Shown here: positions 16,556-20,000 of the stretch, piece by piece
Position numbering within the stretch: the stretch's first letter is position 1
Layout of the letters: each line of letters begins with the position of its first letter
IMG/VR virus record: IMGVR_UViG_3300020421_000008
Source of the DNA: an uncultured virus (IMG/VR IMGVR_UViG_3300020421_000008)
Taxonomy: Duplodnaviria > Heunggongvirae > Uroviricota > Caudoviricetes
Length of the DNA: 20,000 nt
Strand: one strand, 5' to 3'
Made by a program: the position numbers and the translations under genes
The notes under the pieces: model-generated
What the model saw: the letters and a program-made list of their open reading frames with translations, nothing else
What the model was told of the DNA's origin: nothing
The model's database searches: none

Positions 16556-16675
16556 GCGTAGGTACGCCATAGGGACACCATAGCAGTCTAATAGAAGGAG
16601 AAGAGTCCCGATAGATACGGGACTACTCGACCTTCGACCTGACCTGACCTGCTGCATGACCTGACCTGCTGGTCA
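16556..16675 (+). repeat. composite boundary element
   Basis: TAGGTACGCCA-TAGGGACACCA, AATAGAAGGA, GTCCCG-ATAGATA-CGGGAC (16605-23), (GACCT)n. Confidence 0.85.
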
Positions 16676-16705
16676 GAAATTGACAAAATCTCGCATACCA
16701 GGCAA

Positions 16706-16734
16706 AATCCACCGAGTGTTTAGTTCGGTGGATT
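16706..16734 (-). terminator. terminator of the 16743-17111 gene
   Basis: Minus strand: AATCCACCGA...TCGGTGGATT-TT. Confidence 0.75.
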
Positions 16735-16742
16735 CCCTTCGG

Positions 16743-17111
16743 TTAGCCAAGTGGTGGGATGTTCATTACGGTTCCGTAATCAACATAGTCGTTACCCCGA
16801 AATAAATCTAAAGACAATTTCGACAGTGTAACGAGTGCACTTTGTCGGTTGTTCCGTATTCCTGATTCTACAGGATCGGTACCTTCGACAGTAGTTCCTT
16901 CGATTACTTCCCATACGTCCTCTCCGTACTTCGTGATACGGTGCATTTGTTTAACTACGTATCGCATTTCAGAAGAGAGCATACCCTCTCTGACAGCGAC
17001 GTAGCCAAACCACTCGTCACGAGCTTTCGAGAACGAATAAGCGTAACCTAGAACAGGCACTTGTCCGTCTTGACTAATATCTATACAAACACTATCTGTT
17101 CGTGTAAACAT
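16743..17111 (-). CDS. hypothetical protein
   Basis: GAAAGGA RBS; TGTC promoter at 17219-17240. Confidence 0.8.
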   Translation of the reverse strand: MFTRTDSVCIDISQDGQVPVLGYAYSFSKARDEWFGYVAVREGMLSSEMRYVVKQMHRITKYGEDVWEVIEGTTVEGTDPVESGIRNNRQSALVTLSKLSLDLFRGNDYVDYGTVMNIPPLG

Positions 17112-17218
17112 TTCTATTCCTTTCCCACTCGAACCTACAGGCTTCTACTGTCAGGGGCTTTCCACTCATTCGAGAATTACGGCTAGTATGTAATGTCGGT
17201 ACTTTACCAACAAATAGA

Positions 17219-17254
17219 ACGATACCACGACTATGAGACAAAACCACCCGGTTT
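17219..17254 (-). promoter_or_regulatory. TGTC-element promoter lacking a canonical -35
   Basis: AAACCGGGTGGTTT-TGTCTC-N10-TATCGT; the upstream block is identical to 19266-19286. Confidence 0.65.
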
Positions 17255-17361
17255 TTGCAAAGAAATTAAAATTCTTTTTTTTTGCATTTGATGTTGCAAT
17301 GCTGGTCAAACGGTGGTATCCTGGAAGTACTGAAATAATTAACTACCGAAAGGAATTCAGT

Positions 17362-17511
17362 ATGCCAGTAAAATGTGATAATTGTGGAATCTTCTGCTCG
17401 TCACTCGATGCGATAGCAACCGAAGAAGGATTAGTCTTCTGTGGAAGCTTTCGAGGAAACGGATGCGACAAGAAGTACGACAACGGCGAATTCGAAATCG
17501 AAATCGTCTAA
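17362..17511 (+). CDS. 49-aa Zn-binding protein (CDNCG...FCGS...GC); start revised
   Basis: AAAGGA RBS; promoter TTGCAA-17-TATCCT at 17294-17322. Confidence 0.8.
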   Translation: MPVKCDNCGIFCSSLDAIATEEGLVFCGSFRGNGCDKKYDNGEFEIEIV

Positions 17512-17609
17512 TTGTCGAAGTAAGTAGACCACCCCGTAGACCAACGGGCCTCGCCACCTACGGGTGGCCTAGAGTGAGGGGGAGAAATCCTGAGTGGTCT
17601 TACTTATTT

Positions 17610-17705
17610 AGCCCCGTATAAATCGGGGCTTTACGGGGTGACCAGACCTGACCAGACCTGACCTGTGTTTGATCTGACCTGCACTCGACCTGACCTGCTG
17701 CTGCA
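17610..17705 (+). repeat. palindrome plus GACC(T/A) tandem repeats
   Basis: GCCCCG-TATAAAT-CGGGGC (17611-29), GACCAGACCT x2, GACCT repeats. Confidence 0.8.
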
Positions 17706-17845
17706 TTTTCAGTGGCTGCTATTTTCAACGGCTGCTAAAAATATTAATTAATTTTTATTTGGGGTTGCAATTATGAAGTGGTCATGGTAATCTGGATATA
17801 TCAGGCCTTCAAAGTGGAAGCTTGTAGATTCAGATCGGAGATAAA

Positions 17846-17980
17846 ATGACTGAATGGACCAGAAATGAAGACGGAGAGTGGGTCGAAGCAGAACCACTCA
17901 TGAGTAAGGAAGACCTTATGGAGATGATGTGGGATTGGGACGAAGATCTCCGCCACATGCATGATCTCTGTCACGGATAA
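17846..17980 (+). CDS. 44-aa acidic, Trp-rich protein (MTEWTRNEDGEWVEAE...)
   Basis: Translated by hand. GGAG RBS; promoter TTGCAA-17-TAATCT (17765); terminator at 17992-18023. Confidence 0.75.
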   Translation: MTEWTRNEDGEWVEAEPLMSKEDLMEMMWDWDEDLRHMHDLCHG

Positions 17981-18029
17981 CGTGTAGGTTCATCCCTCAG
18001 CACGAAAGTGTTGGGGGATTTTTCCTGGT

Positions 18030-18079
18030 TGGTCAGGTCAGGTCAGGTCGAGGTCAGGATGCCCCGACTATATCGGGAC
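18030..18079 (-). repeat. palindrome plus (GACCT)n in reverse orientation
   Basis: GGTCAGGTCAGGTCAGGTC followed by GCCCCG-ACTATAT-CGGGAC, the exact reverse complement of 15960-78. Confidence 0.8.
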
Positions 18080-18151
18080 TTCACGGGTAGTCGATTTTTA
18101 TTTATGGCCACCCAGGGAAATACCCCCGACCAGAAGGCCGGAGGCATCCGA

Positions 18152-18487
18152 TTAAGCAGCGATTCGTCGCAGGCCACGGGCTTCCGAAGCGTACTCGCTA
18201 AGGGTTTTCGTAGCCGTAAACCATGCATCACGTTCGAGGAACATATTTGCAGGAAGTGAATCAAATTCACTTTGAGAGACATAACCTAGTTCTGGAAACC
18301 CCAGACCAAGATCACATAGGCCGAAGAAGATTCCATCTTCGTCCATCTCTGTAAGCAACCATGTCGCCCCTGCCCCTGCCGTGAATATTTTCACTACAGG
18401 TTTGTGGTCGATCCCTCCTTCTCCTTCGAGATTGGCTTCGTGGTTTGCCAGAAGCCGTTTACGTTGATCAGCAGTGATTAGTTTCAT
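18152..18487 (-). CDS. DUF2958-family protein
   Basis: PVVKIFT..AGATWLLTE, FGLCDLGLGFPELGYVS and ERD.WF motifs. Confidence 0.9.
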   Translation of the reverse strand: MKLITADQRKRLLANHEANLEGEGGIDHKPVVKIFTAGAGATWLLTEMDEDGIFFGLCDLGLGFPELGYVSQSEFDSLPANMFLERDAWFTATKTLSEYASEARGLRRIAA

Positions 18488-18576
18488 GCTTTACCTTTCT
18501 ACTTGGGAGCAGTCCTTCGAGGCTTTCACTCGAACCAGTCCTTACGGCGGACTACTCGCTTTTCTTTATACATTCC

Positions 18577-18605
18577 ATGCTACAGGGCCCGTGAGACAAT
18601 TGCAA
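18577..18605 (-). promoter_or_regulatory. promoter with TGTC element
   Basis: TTGCAA-T-TGTCTC-N10-TAGCAT. Confidence 0.7.
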
Positions 18606-18709
18606 GTATTTAGCGTAAAAATAATTATTTAATTTTTTAGCTTTTCGGTGTTGCAATGTAGTTGAATCTTTGATACGGTGGTACTTGTCGTTAAAACGAA
18701 AGGTAAACA

Positions 18710-18847
18710 ATGACATTAGCACTTTACATAATAGGAGCGCTCTTATACGCTACGCTCGCCAAAACGATGCACAGGCATCATGAGCGTGAAGTAAGAGAGA
18801 AGACGCTAAGGGAGCACCCCAAACTAGCGAAACATCTCTCCTCATAA
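18710..18847 (+). CDS. 45-aa membrane-anchored peptide (MTLALYIIGALLYATLAKTMHRHHERE...)
   Basis: Translated by hand. GAAAGGT RBS; promoter TTGCAA-17-TACGGT (18651). Confidence 0.7.
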   Translation: MTLALYIIGALLYATLAKTMHRHHEREVREKTLREHPKLAKHLSS

Positions 18848-18909
18848 AATCGGAGGATCGCACTACTGATTAGTAACCTAGTTTTGCTAACTACTGATGC
18901 GATGTCCGA

Positions 18910-18951
18910 AAGCCCTAGCAGGTTTCACTCATTTTCCTGCTAGGGCTTCTT
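18910..18951 (+). terminator. intrinsic terminator
   Basis: AGCCCTAGCAGG / CCTGCTAGGGCT-TCTT. Confidence 0.75.
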
Positions 18952-18988
18952 CCTGGGCGGGTACTGGTCAGCGCTGCTGCAGGTCATG

Positions 18989-19070
18989 CGGTAGGGACAC
19001 CATAGAGGCTTAATAGAAGGAAGAGAGTCCCGTAATAATCGGGACATACTGACCTCGATTTTGACCTGCA
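18989..19070 (+). repeat. composite boundary element
   Basis: TAGGGACACCA, AATAGAAGGA, GTCCCG-TAATAAT-CGGGAC (19027-45), GACCT. Confidence 0.85.
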
Positions 19071-19131
19071 CGCTGCTTTCACAAAAACAACCTTTTGTCA
19101 AGTTTTTTTTATTTTTTTTTATTTTTTTATT

Positions 19132-19218
19132 TGTTAGCTCTGCTTAACATCGTTTGTTAGGTGCACTTAACATAATCTGTTCGCAAGCGTGAACATGGCC
19201 TGTTAGGCGAACTTAACA
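19132..19218. promoter_or_regulatory. array of four 18-bp palindromic boxes with a 23-bp period
   Basis: TGTTAGCTCTGCTTAACA, TGTTAGGTGCACTTAACA, TGTTCGCAAGCGTGAACA, TGTTAGGCGAACTTAACA. Confidence 0.75.
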
Positions 19219-19265
19219 AATATGTCATTTATGTTACGAAAAAAATTATTTGAAATTTTTTTGAA

Positions 19266-19301
19266 AAACCGGGTGGTTTTGTCTCACAACGATGGTAACC
19301 T
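19266..19301 (+). promoter_or_regulatory. TGTC-element promoter lacking a canonical -35
   Basis: GTGGTT-T-TGTCTC-N10-TAACCT. Confidence 0.65.
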
Positions 19302-19393
19302 GGATATATCAAAGAAAACAGGAGTCTAGCCATTAGGTGAAGAGTCAGGGTGAGAGTCCCAGATAGGCTTCTGAATTAGAGAAAGGGTCCGAC

Positions 19394-19774
19394 ATGGATA
19401 CTTTATTAGTGAATGATCGCAAGATCAGCGAACTAACCGCACAGCGAGTCGTGGAAGCACGGAGCGCTCTTGCAGAAGCAAGGGAAGCGGTTGAGGAAGC
19501 AGAACTTGCTTTCCGAGCGTTAGAAGTTGAAAGCGTAACCCTCGCAGACGGAACGAAAGTTGCAATAGTGAATCAAAACAGACGATCTATTGACAACGAT
19601 GTTCTGAAAGCGATTCTTCCGCAAGGGCAACACCAACGTGTTACCAAGCGAGTCGGTGAGATGAAACTTATTGACGGTGCGGTTGAAGCAGGGTGGCTAG
19701 ATAGCGATCTTGTTGGTAAAGCGATCAACATCAAAGAAGTTTCTTCCGTCAAAGTTACACAACCAAGACGGTAA
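19394..19774 (+). CDS. hypothetical protein; paralog of 13098-13481
   Basis: GAAAGGG RBS; shared VESVTLADGTKVAIV and LPQGQHQRVTKRVG blocks. Confidence 0.9.
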   Translation: MDTLLVNDRKISELTAQRVVEARSALAEAREAVEEAELAFRALEVESVTLADGTKVAIVNQNRRSIDNDVLKAILPQGQHQRVTKRVGEMKLIDGAVEAGWLDSDLVGKAINIKEVSSVKVTQPRR

Positions 19775-19796
19775 AACTTCTTAACCGAAGGAGGCT

Positions 19797-19824
19797 TCCA
19801 CCGCATTATGAGTGCGGTGGATTT
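19797..19824 (+). terminator. intrinsic terminator
   Basis: TCCACCGCA-TTATGAG-TGCGGTGGA-TTT. Confidence 0.75.
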
Positions 19825-19874
19825 CGCCTGGTATACGAGCTTTTGAGTGGCCGTTCGAGTTTCGAGGTCTTTAA

Positions 19875-19971
19875 GCCCCGATATATACGGGACTTTACGG
19901 GTGGGCGGGCAAGCTGACCGTGAGCTGACCGTAGAGTTTTCGACCTCAGAGGCCCCCGATATAATCGGGAC
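19875..19971. repeat. two CCCCG-N7-CGGGAC palindromes
   Basis: 19875-93 (spacer ATATATA) and 19953-71 (spacer ATATAAT); AGCTGACCGT x2 between them. Confidence 0.8.
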
Positions 19972-20000
19972 TTTTTGAGGCCAAATATCGACAAACTCCT

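Noticed and set aside
16264..16657. ORFs 16264-16572, 16393-16581 and 16454-16657
   Set aside because: They overlap RNA stems and repeats, have weak starts and unnatural composition.
2757..19002. CRISPR array from the TAGGGAYRCCA or palindrome repeats
   Set aside because: Repeats are 11-19 bp, kilobases apart, with no regular spacers and no cas genes.
19103..19132. Poly-T tract as a separate functional element
   Set aside because: Cannot be distinguished from a low-complexity or bending tract, or a homopolymer artefact, without reads.
12383..19971. Classical integron attC sites
   Set aside because: No RYYYAAC...GTTRRRY ends or long imperfect attC hairpins; the cassettes carry their own promoters; no integrase in the window.

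Overview
Moderate-GC segment that reads as part of a large tailed phage of Actinobacteria. The host assignment is inferred from a WhiB-family gene, an actinobacterial-type IscA/HesB gene and leaderless transcripts. Bases 1-2740 encode small membrane peptides, IscA, WhiB, a TerS-like HTH protein and a ribbon-helix-helix (RHH)/Zn protein, with an abrupt strand-composition flip near 1480. A 1.1-kb motif-rich non-coding block follows (2740-3850). From 4400 to 20000 the window is an early/host-takeover-like region of short transcription units (MoxR AAA plus vWA/HEXXH pair, DUF932, DUF1281, DUF2958, Zn-ribbons, a duplicated gene), most with their own near-consensus promoter. The most unusual content is non-coding: (1) two promoter-driven, ORF-free, highly structured RNAs (about 440 and 275 nt); (2) a composite boundary element between gene cassettes (TAGGGAYRCCA 11-mers, GYCCCG-N7-CGGGRC palindromes, GACCT tandem repeats); (3) six promoters carrying TGTC(T/A)C-N10-TANNNT, the geometry of the PafBC-dependent DNA-damage promoter; (4) 23-bp-periodic arrays of DtxR/MntR-like boxes; (5) hairpins that hold the next promoter's -35 box in their loop. 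All family calls are by eye, without database searches.
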